From the human T2T-CHM13v2.0 reference genome, Homo sapiens: a stretch of DNA of 64,000 nucleotides. The notes below the pieces were generated by a model. It was given only the letters and a program-made list of their open reading frames with translations. It had not been told where the DNA came from and made no database searches. The stretch's first letter is position 1. Each line of letters begins with the position of its first letter. The translations under genes were made by a program, and so were the position numbers. The stretch is from the NCBI RefSeq assembly GCF_009914755.1, contig NC_060928.1; one strand, given 5' to 3'. Of the stretch, positions 1 to 13,863 are shown one piece after another.

Positions 1-31
1 GGATTACAAGTGTGACCCACTGCGCCTGGCC
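1..31 (-). mobile_element. 5' end of an antisense Alu (cut by window edge)
   Basis: GGATTACAAGTGTGACCCACTGCGCCTGGCC is the reverse complement of the Alu 5' end. Confidence 0.9.
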
Positions 32-1210
32 TTCTCTCCTTTTTAAAATTTTCACATTTTCTTTATGACAAAGTACTACTTTTATAACAAGAAACTATTT
101 TTACAATAAAATAGTATGGAAAAGAGCAGCTACTTTAAAGAAAATTCATTTGTCATTTGCCCTTTGTTATTTGTATACATCTGAATTTTTATTTGCAGCA
201 TGTTTAAAATGAGACAAACCTGCATACATTTTTTTAAGTAAAGAGTTTCATTATTCATTTCTTGCTTATGTTAAAATGTCTAACAATAAGGAAAAAGTTA
301 AGCAAACTGTTTGGTCTATTAAGTAATATGTTATCATTAATTATTATGTTTATAACAATTATAAGACATAGGAAAATGACTTCTGCTGTGGTGAGAATTA
401 ACTGACTTTAGAACGTTTGGAATGGTTTCTGTGTTGAACACCATTAAGCACCACATATAATCCTGAAGTGAATCCATGGAGGGCTGCCGCAAATGTTGTT
501 TGTGAACCATACCATTTATACGAGCATGTGTGGAAGCCCTAAGAGATAGAGGAGTCTGGTAACCCAGGTCTACCAGGGTTTAGACCCATGCATGTAACCA
601 GTGCACACTCAATGTTGTATCTCTATGGCCCTTCTGTACCAAAAGCTGCATGCAGACAGGAGCTGTCTGTTGTTCACTGCTGTATCCTCACGGCCTGAGC
701 ACATGCTAAGCTCTCAAGAAACTTTGTTGAACAAGTGAATATATTTGTTTATCAGTGTATACAATGATTTTCTTAGGTTGGTTCTGGAAATCAAATTAAT
801 GTGTTAAAGGTTATGGACATTTAACATTTCTGAGGTCCTTATAATGTATTACCAAATTACTTTGCAGAAGGCTTGTACCAATTTATACTTACTCACTAGA
901 AGTATTATTTTGTTTGTTTAACCATTCCTTTACCAGCACTAGATATCTTTATTTTCTTAAGATTTTAAGTGTTTTTGATAAAAACAGGTAAGGCTTGTTT
1001 TCTCAATTTCTGAGTTTTAATCTAATTTTCATGGTTTGTTTTATTTTATAAAACAAAAAGTTCATTTAAAAATTTGGTTAATAAAGAAAAAATAAATGCA
1101 ATAATGATCCAACTACACATAGCTACAGTCAATATTTTGGTATGTATCTTTTCAGCCATCTATATTTAGACTTATTTACATATATTTCATATATAATCCA
1201 TTATTATATA

Positions 1211-1643
1211 TGTATAATAAAAAGTCAGACTCCGTTTTTGATGTTTGACTGCTGGCAGCTTTCAAGCCCCACCACGCCCCCTTCCCCTGCTCCCCTACAT
1301 TTGGGCAAGCAAGTAAAAAAGACCTGTTGCTTCTTCCTCTGGCTCCAATGAGAAGGACACAACACACAAACCTTGGCCAACATGTGGGAGCCTTCACCCC
1401 AGCTTTATCTCTTCATTGCAATAAAGTCTAAGCTGATCTTCTCTTCTACTCTCTCAAATCATTTGTGAATCTGTTTGGGAGCCTTTCTCGCTCTCCCCAG
1501 AAAGCCTCATTATGCGAGTAGTAAATGTCTGCATATCCTCTTGGTGTGTATGTAGCATTATCATCAGTCTCTATATGTGACTCCAATTCAGGTGTTTAGG
1601 GGTGAAGGGAGTCTATCATGTCTTCTTGTGGAGACCACAACAA
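1211..1643 (+). mobile_element. Old ERV-class solo LTR (subfamily uncertain)
   Basis: Starts TG, ends ..GAGACCACAACA, has internal AATAAA-like signals and LTR-like U3/R/U5 composition. Confidence 0.5.
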
Positions 1644-2521
1644 TACAGATTATAAAAATGGAGTTTAACATATATATTTCAAACAAGAATGAGATTATAC
1701 TATACATATTTTGTAATAATCTGATTTTTATTTAATAATGTATTTTCAAAAATATCATTAAATAATTTTCACAATACCATATTTAATGACAGTATATTAT
1801 ACCGGTATATGGTACAAATGATCTAACTGACTTATTATTGGATACATATGTTGGTTCCATTTTTTTTTTGGCTATTTTAAATAAGCTACAGTGAATAAAC
1901 ATCCAGCTATACTTTTGTGTCTATTCTTGATGATTTCTGTAAGATAGCTTTGCATTTAAGTATTAATGCATCATAAGCACATTCACTAAACATTTACAGA
2001 GTACGTGAAATGCACAACTTTTGGGACTCCTAAACATAAAAGACATCAAATTTTCTTGCAGAGAAGTCCCTATATAATAAGGGATCCAGAAAAATATTTA
2101 CAAATTAAAAAACTGAATTTTTGGTTAATTTATCAGGTGTGAAGTTTTTCAGGGTGGCACTAGTACATTTCTATTTATTTGTGACATGTTAATGAGCAGT
2201 TTCTTCTCTGATCTATTTTTAGTGAGTTATAACTGGAAAAGTAGGTTTCATTTGACATTTAAAAAATTAGATTACATTAAAATATAACCACAAGGCAGGG
2301 TTTTTATAATGCTCAAGTATTACATATGTTTTTATAACCACAGAGCCTGACAAGTGATTTGCTTCTTTGAAAACTGAACTCACATTACTGAACATAGTGT
2401 GTATGTATGTGTGCAAATTTATAGACATATGAGGATGAAATAACTAATTTACAGAGTTAGGTTTACTTTCTGACCTAGTGTCTAACTGAAATTTCAGGTT
2501 CATATGTTTGTTTTGTTAAAA

Positions 2522-5500
2522 GATGGGGGAGAGGGAGGGACCAAGATGGCTGACCAGAAGCAGCTGCAGCTGGAGACTCCCACCAAGGAGAAAGAAAAAG
2601 GTGAGTGAATCCTGCACTGGCAACTGAGGTATCCAGGTTCTCTCACTGGGACTGACTAGGTGGTTGGCATGACCCACAGAGAGTGAGAAAACGGAGGGTA
2701 GAGCAATTGTCCACCTGGTAGCCACATGGGGCAAGGAAGCTCCCACCCCCAGCCAAGGGAGGCGGTGAGTGATTCTGCTACCCCACCTTGGAAACCATAC
2801 TTATTCCAATGATCTGTGTGAACCACAGGTCAGGAGATCCCCTTATGAGCCCATGCCACCAGGGCTTTGGATCCCAAGCACAGAGCTGTGCAGATTCTCT
2901 ATGGCTGCTCAGCTAGAGACTGTTTAAGGCTACCCAGTTCTCAGGGGGAGGGGAAACCATCATCATTGATGCCTAAGAAAATTGGGGAGACTGGGCAGTT
3001 TGGACCCAGGAGGAATTCTCCATAACATAGCACAGCGGTTGTGGCAGACTGTGGCCAGATTTCCTCTTTAGGCTAGACCCTAACCCATCCCTGCTCAACG
3101 GGTAGGGCCTGCTTGTGGGAATTTCAGCAACTCTAGCCAGGGGTTTCCTGACAGAACTCTGATCTTTCTGGGATGGAGTGCCTATGGGGAGGGGTGGCTG
3201 TGATCTCTGCAGATCAGCAGACTTAGTCTTTCTTCCTGCTGGCTCTGAGGAATCCAGGCAATATGGACAAGTGGGATTCCCCCCAGTATAGTGCACCCCC
3301 TCTGCCAAGGGGCAGCCAGAGTGCTTCATTAAGTTGGTCCCTCATCCCATGCCTCCTGACTGGGTGAGACCCTCCGACTGGGTGAGACCCTCCAACAGGG
3401 TCACCGGACACTTTATACAGGAGCGTTCCTGCTGGCATCAGGTTGGTGCCCTTCTGGGACAGAGCTCCCAGAGGAAGGAGCAGCAACCATCTTTGCTATT
3501 CTCCAGCCTTCCTGGGTGACACCTCCATGTGTGAGAAGGACCAAGGTGAATAGGGTCTGGAGTGGACCCCCAGCAAACTGCAGTAGCCCTATGTAAGAGG
3601 GACTTGACTGTTAAAAACAAACAGAAAGCAACAAAAACAACAGGGTCAAAAATAGTACCCACAAAAACCCCATCCAAAGGTCAGCAGCCTCAAAGATCAA
3701 AGCTAGATAAACTCATGAAGATGAGAAAGAATCAATGAAAAGACTCTGAAAACTCAAAAAGCCAGAGTGCCTCTTCTTCTCCGAATGATCATGACACCTC
3801 TCCAGCAAGGGCACAGAACTGGGAGGAGGCTGAGATGGATGAATTGGCAGAAGTAGGCTTCAGGAGGTGGGTAATAATGAAGTTTGCTGAGCTAAAGGAG
3901 CATGTTCTAACCCAATGCAAAGAAGCGAAGAATAATGATAAAACATTACAGGAACTGTTAACCAGAATAACCAGTTTGGAGAGGAACATAAATGGAGCTG
4001 AAAAATACAACTCAAGGACTTCACAATGCAACCACAAGTATCACTAGCTGAATAGACCAAGCAGAGGAAAGAATTTCAAAGCTTGAAGGCTATCTTGCTG
4101 AAATAAGACAGTCAGACAAGACTAGAGTAAAAAGAATGACAAGGAACAAACAAAACCTCTGAGAACTATGGAATTATGTAAAAAGACCAAACTATGATTG
4201 GGGTATGTGAAGGAGATGGGGAGAATGAAACCAAGTTGGCAGGGAGAATGAAATCAAGTTGGAAAACATACTTCAGGATATCATCTTGGAGAACTTCCCC
4301 AACCTAACAAGACAGGCCAATATTCAAATTCAGGAAATCCAGAGAACCCCAGTAAGATACTCCATGAGAACAGTAACCCCAAGACACATAATCATCAGAT
4401 TCTCTAATGTTGAAATGAAGGAAAAAATGTTAAGGGCAGCCAGAGAGAAAGGCCAGGTCACCTACAAAGGGGAACCCATCCGACTAACAGCAGAACTCTC
4501 AGCAGAAACCCTACAAGCCAGAAGAGGTTGGGGGCCAATATTCAACATTCTTAAAGGAAAGAATTTCCAATCCAGAATTTCATATCTGGCCAAACTAAGC
4601 TTTATACGCAAAGCAGAAATAAAATCCTTTTCAGACAAACAAATGCTGAGGGAATTTATCACCACCAGGCCTGCCTGGCAAGAGCTCCTGAAGGAAGCAC
4701 TAAATTTGGAAAGGAAAAACCATTACCAGCCACTACAAAAACACACTGAAGTACAAAGACCAATGACACTATGAAACAACTACGTTAACAAGTCTGCAAA
4801 GTAACCAGCTAGCATCATGATGACAGGATCAAATTCACACATAACAATATTAACCTTAAATGTAAATGGGCTAAATGCCCCAATTAAAAGACACAGAATA
4901 GCAATCTAGATAAGGAGTCAAGACTCATCATTGTGCTGTATTCAAAGGACCAATCTTTGTGCAAAGACACACATAGGCTCAAAATAAGGGATGGAGGAAA
5001 ATTTACCAAGCAAATAGAAAAGAGAAAAAAGCAGGAGTTGCAATCCTAGTTTCTGACAAAACAGACTTTAAACCAACAGAGATAAAAAAGACAAGGGCAT
5101 TATATGATAGTAAAGGATTCAATTCAACAAGAAGTACTAACTATTCTATGTATATATGCACCCAATACAGGAGCACCCAGATTCATAAAGCAAGTTCTTA
5201 GAGATCTACAAAGAGACTCAGACTCTCACACAATAATAGTCGGAGACTTTAACACTCCATTGTCAATATTAGACAAATCAATGAGACAGAAAATTAACTG
5301 GATCAAGTGGACCTGATAGACATCTACAGAACTCTCCACCCCAAAACAACAGAATATACATTCTTCTCATTGTCACATGGCACTTACCGTAAACTCAGTC
5401 ACATAATTGGAAGCAAAACACTCCTTAGCAAATGCAAAAGACCTGAAATCATAACAGTCTCTCAGACCACAGTACAAATTAGAACTCAAGATTAAGAAAC

Positions 5501-7107
5501 CCACTCAGAACCACACAACTACATGGAAATTGAACAATCTGCTCCTGAATGACTCCTGGGTAAATAATGAAATTAAGGCAGAAATCAAAAGTTCTTTGAA
5601 ACCAATGAGAACAAAGAGACAACATACCGGAATCTCTGGGAGGCAGCTAACGCAGTGTTAAGAGGGAAATTTATAGCACTAAGTGCCCACAACAAAAAAC
5701 TAGAAAGATCTTAAATTGATATTCTAACATCATAACTAAAAAAACTAGAGAACCAAGAGCAAACAAACCCCAAAGACAGCAGGAGACAAGAAATAACCAA
5801 GATCAGAGCTGAACTGAAGGAGATAGAGACATGAAAAACCCTTCAAAAAAAAATCAGTGATTCCAGGAGCTGGTTTTTTGAAAAAAATAAAATAAAGTAA
5901 ACCACTAGCTGGACTAATAAAGAAGAAAAGGGAAAAGAATCAACTAGACACAATAAAAATTGATAAATAGGATATCACTACTGACCCCTGAAAACTAGAC
6001 AACCGTCAGAGAATACTATAAACACCTCTGTGCAGATAAACTAGAAAATCCAGAAGAAATGGATAAATTCCTGGATACATGCACCCTCCCAAGATTGAAC
6101 CAGGAAGAAGTTGAATCCCTGAATAGACCTATAACAAGTTCTGAAATTGAGGCAGTAATAGTCTACCAACCAAAAAAAAGCTCAGCACCAGATGGATTTA
6201 CAGCTGAATTCTACCAGAGGTACAAAGAGGAGCTGGTACCATTTCTTCTGAAACTATTCCAAGAAATTGAAAAGGAGGGACTCCTCCCTAACTCATTTTA
6301 TGAAACCAGCATCATCCTGATACCAAAACCTGGCAGAGATCAACAAAAAAAGAAAACTTTGGGACAATATTCCTGATGAACATCGATGCAAAAATCCTCA
6401 ATAAAATAGTGGCAAACTGAATCCAGCAGCATATCAAAAAGCTTATCCACCACGATCAAGTCAGTTTCATCCCTGGGATGCAAGGCTGGTTCAACATATG
6501 CAAATCAATAAACATGATTCATCACCTAAATAGAACTAAAGACAAAAACCATATCTCAATAGACGCAGAAAAGGCCTTTGAAAAATTTCAACATCCATTC
6601 ATGTTAAAAACTCTCAATAAACTAGGTATTGATGGAACATACCTCAAGATAATAAGAGCCATCTGTGACAAACCCACAGCCAATATCATACTGAATGAAC
6701 AAAAGCTGGAAGCATTCCCCTTGAAAACTGGCACAAGGCAAGGATGCCCTTTCTTGCCACTTCTATTCAACATAGGTGTAAGTTCTGGCCAGGGCAATCA
6801 GGTAAGAGAAAGAAATAAAGCATATTCAAATAGGAAGAGGGGAAGTTAAACTGTCTCTGTTTGCAGATGACATGATCCTATATTTAGAAAACCCCATCAT
6901 CTCAGCCCAAAAGCTTTTTAAGCTGATAAGAAACTTCAGCAAAGTCTCAGGATACAAAATGAATTTTCAAAAATTCCTATACAGGCATTCCTATACGCCA
7001 ACTATAGACAAGCAGAGAGCCAAAATCATGAATGAACTCCCATTCACAATTGCTACAAAGAGAATAAAATACCTATGAATACAGCTAACAAGGGACATGA
7101 AGGATCT
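2522..7107 (+). mobile_element. Older L1PA LINE-1: 5'UTR, ORF1 and 5' part of ORF2 (endonuclease + RT); 3' end missing; multiply disrupted
   Basis: 5'UTR start GGAGGGACCAAGATGGCTG. ORF1 peptides ENFPNL..IQEIQRTP..PRHIIIRF (4259-4774). ORF2 peptides [44 protein letters not shown]. Stops abruptly at ..ACAAGGGACATGAAGGATC. Confidence 0.97.
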
Positions 7108-7960
7108 GTTTTATAGGTATGTTTTCAACTTAGGAAATACAGTTATAGTAATGGTTTTAATGACCTTGTCTACTAATTCTAACATCTGTGTCAGATATGA
7201 GTCTGTTTTAATTGATGGATTTCTTTTCCCTCAGTGTGAGCCTATTTTCCTGCTTTTTTGCATACCTGCTAATTTTGGTTAGGAAGACAGACATTGTGAA
7301 TTTTACCTTGTTAGTTGCAAGTTATGTTCATATCTTGAGCTTTGTTCTGGATTGTGATTAAATTACTTTGAAACTGGTCCATTTTGGTCATGCTTTTAAG
7401 ATATGTTAGGTAGGACCAGAGCAGCATTTAGTCTAGGACTAAATTCCCCACTTTTGAGGCAAAGCCTTCTGAGCATTCTACCTATTTTCCTATGAATTGT
7501 GAGGTTTTCCAGTCTAGCTAGTGAGAATAGGCACTACTGTCAGACTTAAGTAACTTCTTCATACCCATGCACTGCTAGTTCTCTGCGGAATACTTCGGAG
7601 GGACCCTCTGTAGATCTCCAGAGTTGTCTATCTGTATAGCAGATGCCTGTCTCTCTCCTGCAATCTATCCTGTGAACTCCCTGGACTTCCTGGTAATCGG
7701 TTTATGTTCTTCTTGGACTCTTAGTTCCTCAACTCGGGGAATCTGCCATTCTCCATCTGAGTTCCTCCTCCTGGTGCATGACCTGGAAACTCAATCATAC
7801 ACACACTTCATTTGTTTTATATCTCAGGGATCACTTTTCTTTGTTGCTTGATGTCCAGTATCTTGAAAACTGTTTTTTTACATATTTTGTCTGTTTTCTT
7901 GGTTATTTCAATCAGGAATATAAATTTGGTCCATGTGACTCCATCTTTTCTGGAGTGAAA
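7108..7960 (-). mobile_element. Ancient L1M 5'-region fragment, antisense
   Basis: Diverged T-rich sequence typical of antisense L1M 5' ends (..CTAATTCTAACATCTGTGTCAG.., ..AGACATTGTGAATTTTACCTTGTT..). Confidence 0.6.
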
Positions 7961-8164
7961 TTTCTACTTCAAGTGTTCATGAAAAGGTTTTTGTTAGTTT
8001 TGCCATATAATTTTCTATTTGAATTTAGGCAGTAATCTAAATTGTACTTTAGATTAAGAAAGGAATGAATTACTTTATGTCAAATACATATTTATATAAA
8101 GAAATATTCTACATACAAAAGATATATTGTAAATAAAATAATTAACTTTTGTGTTTTTTCATAG

Positions 8165-8208
8165 TTTGGTTGGAAAAGTAATTATTTTGATTTATTAGCA
8201 GCTATAAG
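8165..8208 (+). pseudogene. AtuA/DUF1446-like pseudogene exon A: FGWKSNYFDLLAAI(S)
   Basis: Polypyrimidine tract + TAG acceptor (8162-8164), 44-nt exon, GTAAGT donor at 8209. The peptide matches the family motif FGW...D.LA.GS. Ends phase 2 (AG), completed to Ser by the first base of exon B. Confidence 0.85.
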
Positions 8209-8419
8209 GTAAGTCTAATAATAATAGTAGCAGTAATTTTACACTTTTAACTATATTACAGTTAAAATCATTTTTTTGAAATTAAAATACATATATCTGG
8301 AGATCATGCCAAATACATTTTAAACTGAATATATTTATAGTTTTTAATGCTGCAGATTATTAAAGCTGAATACATAAGCCTTATGCAAAGACTTAAGAAA
8401 TTTTCTGAAACAAAGTAAC

Positions 8420-8650
8420 TATCACTTACTGAGTGTGTGTGTACTTTGTGGCAGGTACTTCATAAAATTATTTTTTATTCTCATAATGTATTTATTAGGT
8501 AGATATCATTATCCTCATTTCAGAAATGAGGAAACTGGTATCTAATAGGGTTATATAATTTCCCTAAGTTACAGAGTAAGTTAAATGGTAGAGCCTGGAT
8601 TTAAACAGGTCAGATAACTAAAACCCAAAGTATTTTATTATGCCATGCTG
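8420..8650 (-). mobile_element. MIR SINE
   Basis: MIR core ATTATCCTCATTTCAGAAATGAGGAAACTG..GGTTATATAATTTCCCTAAGTTACA. Confidence 0.7.
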
Positions 8651-9199
8651 ACCAAAATTCTCAACTCTATAATGAACTTCCAGTTATTAAGATTTTTAAG
8701 AATGTGTTTTATAATGAATTTGTTGGTTAGTTTTAGCTTATTAACATACCAAGTAGGAGAGTAATATTTTACAAATTTTCTCTCCTGTAATGTAATGATA
8801 ATTTGATGTCACACTTCAGGTCTGGTTATAACTCACATTTGAAACACTTTGCAGTTTCCATGGTGCTTTCACATAGTTTTATCTATTAATTCTCATAGCC
8901 ACATGGGTATGACATTAACCTCATTTTGCTCAAACTTTACCACCTGGTCTAGGTTCCCATGATTCTTAGATGAGTGTTTTTTCTATGGTTCCAAGCTAGC
9001 CTTTTTGTGTCATTAACTTATTTTATTAAAACAAATAAGCAAAACCAAAATGACACTGATATAAAATCAAATCATTTTCCCCGCTTTTATAATACCTTTA
9101 AAAATAAAGTTTTATTTGTAATATATTCTTTTTATATTTGAACATGTATTAAAACATTTTTCTCGCTATAGTAATGCTAGTTTTTTATTTGCTTTGCAG

Positions 9200-9277
9200 T
9201 CTTGCAGGCAATCTCACTGAATGTGGTACTCAGGGTACTGGTGGAATATTCACCGATTATCATTTGGTGCCAGACTG
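9200..9277 (+). pseudogene. AtuA/DUF1446-like pseudogene exon B: (S)LAGNLTECGTQGTGGIFTDYHLVPD(W)
   Basis: TTTGCAG acceptor (ends 9199). The translation matches the hallmark AtuA motif LAGH..ECG.Q.TGG.F.D. The expected GT donor after GAC TG is replaced by AC, giving an in-frame TGA. Confidence 0.9.
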
Positions 9278-9288
9278 ACAGGAAGCAA

Positions 9289-9291
<3 letters not shown>

Positions 9292-9320
<29 letters not shown>
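9292..9320. repeat. (TA)n microsatellite
   Basis: Perfect TA dinucleotide run. Confidence 0.95.
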
Positions 9321-9323
<3 letters not shown>

Positions 9324-9491
9324 GTTATAGCATGGCATATAGTATCTACATTTTATAAATTTTATTGTTCATTAAACTGTATTTAAGTAGTGCCCATTTA
9401 AAAATATCTTTGTATTGTGAAACACAAGCAAATGTTATATCCTAGTCATTATTATCTTATTAGGATCCAGAACTAAGTTGTAGGAGAATTC

Positions 9492-9793
<302 letters not shown>

Positions 9794-9927
9794 ATAGGAG
9801 AATTCTTTAAGGCATCTTAAAGATCATACTTCCTCAAAATAATATGCAATATTTTTGTACTTCTATTATAATATTATGATGTCTAACTTATTATCAATGT
9901 TTGTTGTTATTAAACCATTATTATATC

Positions 9928-10356
9928 TGTTATGGGTTGAATTGTGTCCCCCCAAAAAGATACAGTATGTTGAAGTCCTAACCCCCAGTGCCTAAGAATA
10001 TGACCTTATTTGGAGATAGGGTCTTTAAAGAGGTAATCAAGTTGAAATGAAGTCATTAGGGAGAGCCGTCATCCAATATGAATGGTGTCCTTATTAGAAG
10101 GGGATATTTGGACAGACAGAAGATGAGAGTGATGCATTTAAAACCACGGAACACCAGCGATTGGTGGCAAACACCAGAAGCTGGGAAGGGGCAAGGAAGG
10201 ATTCTCCCCTAGAACTGTCAGAGAGAGCATGGCCCTGCCTGCTGATACCTTGATTTTGAATTTCTAGCCTCCAGAACTGTGAGCCTATAAATTCCTGTTG
10301 TTTTAAGTCACCCAGTTTTTGGTACTTTTTTATGGCTGCCCTAGGAAAGTAATATA
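9928..10356 (+). mobile_element. MaLR LTR (MLT1B/C-like)
   Basis: Starts TGTTATGGGTTGAATTGTGTCCCCC..GAAGTCCTAACCCCCAGT; ends ..ATGGCTGCCCTAGGAAAGTAATATA. Confidence 0.85.
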
Positions 10357-12773
10357 GTACCTGAAATAGAAATAGAACCTCTCCCTTTAAGGACTGAATA
10401 CACTGAATATACTGAGACCTTAAATGCCAGGACATGCTCATGATTTACTTTTTCTCTCACCCTATTCCATCCAAGTCTTCGTTGTTAGAAGTAGCAGAAG
10501 GCCCTTGGTCCTAGAAGCTCCTTGCTCTCAGAAGCTCCTGCAATATGCACCAGCAAAGTCGGCTTCATTTACCAATATGAAGCTTACAATACACAGGCCT
10601 CTGCTTTAGTGGAAAACAGGAGACTTTAGATGACATTCCAAACCGCTGTCAGTCTAGACAGTAGATCTTTCCAGTCTTGTCTCCACTTTTACTCTGTGAG
10701 CCTTGTCTGTAGCCAGACAGGCACTGCTCACTCTTCTCTCTATCATTTCTTTTTCCTCCTCCTTGGCTGTCATGTGGCACCAGACTGGCAGGAAGCAGTG
10801 AAAACACGAGTGTCAGAGCACTGATGGGAAATGTGGCTGAGGCCCTTTGCTGTTAGGGCTCTGCATTGTCTCCCTCAGGGGGAGCATCTGCGGTCTCAGT
10901 GTGGAGAGCAGGTGGCTCCCACACTTTATACCTACTGACCTGGCGTCTCACCGGAGCTTCTGAATCACAACCCCACTAGAAAGATCTGAATAGATTTGAC
11001 TTTATTTATAATTTTATTCTTACCTCAAAATCATCCACCCCTGTTGAAGACATGTCCATTTCTGACAGTGACATGGTCAGTCGGCCACTAATTCAGACTC
11101 AGGCAATCTTGGTTCTCTTCTATGGTCTGCTTTATCTCATCAATCACCAGATGAGATCAGTGTTTCAATCCATAATATTTCTCATTTTGTTTCTTTCATA
11201 TTCACTCACACTTGCCAGTTTCCTCATCTAGATTCTGCAGGCGACTATAATAGTCTTTTAATTGGTTTCCCTGTCTCTTGTTTCTAGTGCCAGGGCTTTC
11301 CAACTCTGAAGTAGTGATAGTCTTATCTATTCAACCAGATTGTAAACTCTTTGAAAAGATGGATCTTTGCATATCTAGGAATTTATCATAATAGCATTGT
11401 CTCACCCAAAATAGCAATTAAAAACCATAAATTCTACAGACATTACCTGGAATCCTAGTTCTACCACTTATAAGCTCTGTGAGATGGGTCAAGCTACTTA
11501 ACTTCTATTTGCCTCAATTCACCGATCTGTAGAATAAGGATAATCTGTGCTAGTTAGGTTGTAGAATGGGAAGGTGGTGTGAATCAAATAATAAATGTAA
11601 AGCACTTAGGACAGTGCCAAAGATATGTAGTAAGTTTTCAGTAAAATGTTCACCTCTATTTTACTGTTTTGCACTTAGATGTTCATCAGATATCTGTAAA
11701 TGAATCAAACTGATACTATATTAACACAAGAACAGACATGTGCTTTGACTGCATCTGAACATATGTTGCCCATCTTAATTGTGTTGACGTAGTCCTGAGC
11801 TTTTTGAGTTCCTCAAGCATAAAATTAGGATAACACCTACTCACAGGGTTGTTTAAAGAGGAAAATAAATGAGCTGCCATTGGTAAGGACTGAGTCCAGT
11901 GCCTGACATATAGTAAACACTAAATAAATGGCACCCAGTAGAAATAGAAATAATGGCAATACTATTGGTAGTAAAGCAGTGGTAGCAGTGATGGTGGTGG
12001 TTTTAATGGTAGCAATAATAGTAGTAATGCAGTGGGCAGCAGTATTTCATTTAGTTTCTTATAACTGTGGGACATATAAGAAATTGAGAGTAGCTTGGGG
12101 GAATGTGAGGAAAAGACATCAAGATTTATTTGAGATTGGGTGAGCATTGATAGTTGAAGCCATGGAAGTGGATGAGGTGGCTTGGGAATGTAGAGGACCA
12201 CAAGGGGAGAATCAAGGAATCAAGGGAAGGGAAGGACAAGGGGAAAGTTGAGTGTATTGGGAAGTCTAGGGTTGGGTTTCAGTAAGTTCTTGTCCATCTG
12301 ATTCAGAGGTAGTGGGAGGAAGCACATAAGTTCTAAGAGGGGCAGCTGTGATAAGAGAGTTAAGGAAGACAGCTAGTAGGCTGTGCTATAGTGCCTGCCC
12401 AGCCTGCATCTCCAGTCATTTCTCAACCATGTTCTCACCTTTCCACCTTTCTCCGACTTTGTCTCCTTTCCTTCTTAACATTTAAAGAATTAATTTCTTT
12501 ATCTATATACCCATATAAAATATTTTTCATAAATGAATAAATCTGGTCATATTCCATCTTCTTTCTTTAATGTAGTTCTCTTATTATTTTTTGTTTGCCT
12601 CCTCTTTTCCCACTGCTCCTCTCTCCTGCTTATTGGCATCGCTTCTGCCTATGTAATCATGCTATAGACCAAACATGTATTCTTTTATACTTTGTATTTA
12701 CCCTCAGATAATCATATACGGATGTGAATGCATATACACATATTAACATATTGGTGTATAATAAAATGTTCTA

Positions 12774-13298
<525 letters not shown>

Positions 13299-13606
13299 CT
13301 ATTGTTTGGCATTTGTTCTTTCACATGAGCCTTAAGATTATCTTATCCAAAGGAGGAAATTCTAACTGGATTTGTTTTGAGTATATAATTAACTTGGTAG
13401 AACTGACATTTTATTATAATGTCTTTCCATCTAAGAAAATGGTTTGTTTTTCCATTTTTATAGATCTTGTTTTATTGTTCTTCAATACATTTTAGAGATA
13501 TGTGCCATGGATAATATCACAGAATTGTCAACTTACTTCCACACTTTGCTTAGAAAGGATGGTATGAAGTTGGAAACAATTGCAGTTTTGTATGATAAAG
13601 ACTGGA

Positions 13607-13640
13607 GTGTGTGCGTGCGTGTGTGTGTGTGTGTGTGTGT
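13607..13640. repeat. (GT)n microsatellite
   Basis: GT/GC dinucleotide run. Confidence 0.95.
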
Positions 13641-13680
13641 AGATGTAACGTTTAAGAACAAAACCATATTATTCACTGAC

Positions 13681-13863
13681 CTGGAATTTCAGTAGGAGAC
13701 ACTTGGGAAGAGTCACAAGTTACATCTGCTGAGGATCACCAACTTCATACGATAGCTGTTCAGCCACTGTACCAAAGAAGACAATCCCCCCCAAGCAGGG
13801 GGGCTTGGGTATGAGGAACTGTCCATCGGAAAGCTTTCCAGTATGGGAAATCATATATTGTGC
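13681..13863 (-). pseudogene. AtuA/DUF1446-like pseudogene exon C, inverted: (W)HNI*FPILESF/DGQFLIPKPPCLGGIVFFGTVAEQLSYEVGDPQ/DVTCDSSQVSPTEIP(G)
   Basis: The reverse complement has a pyrimidine tract with a mutated acceptor (CACCTAT|G) and an intact GTCAGT donor (13680-13675). It carries the family signature TV.EQL.YE.GDP...DV.CD.S.V. One TGA, one 1-nt deletion and an inferred ~13-nt deletion. Its phase-2 start fits the end of exon B (TG|G = Trp). Confidence 0.9.

Noticed and set aside
2062-2136. AG..GT-bounded segment that might be the AtuA exon preceding exon A (..EVPI.. / ..LIYQ)
   Set aside because: Too short, and it lacks the invariant GAD.V.TGR.VD motif; far weaker than the accepted exons.
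3835-7078. Long + strand ORFs (up to 171 aa)
   Set aside because: They are fragments of L1 ORF1/ORF2 with stops and frameshifts, not host genes.
11024-11087. Minus-strand segment with GAG|GTAAGA donor, about the size of AtuA exon D
   Set aside because: The translation (GRLTMSLSEMDMSSTGVDDFE) does not match the expected V.GA.G.PP motif.
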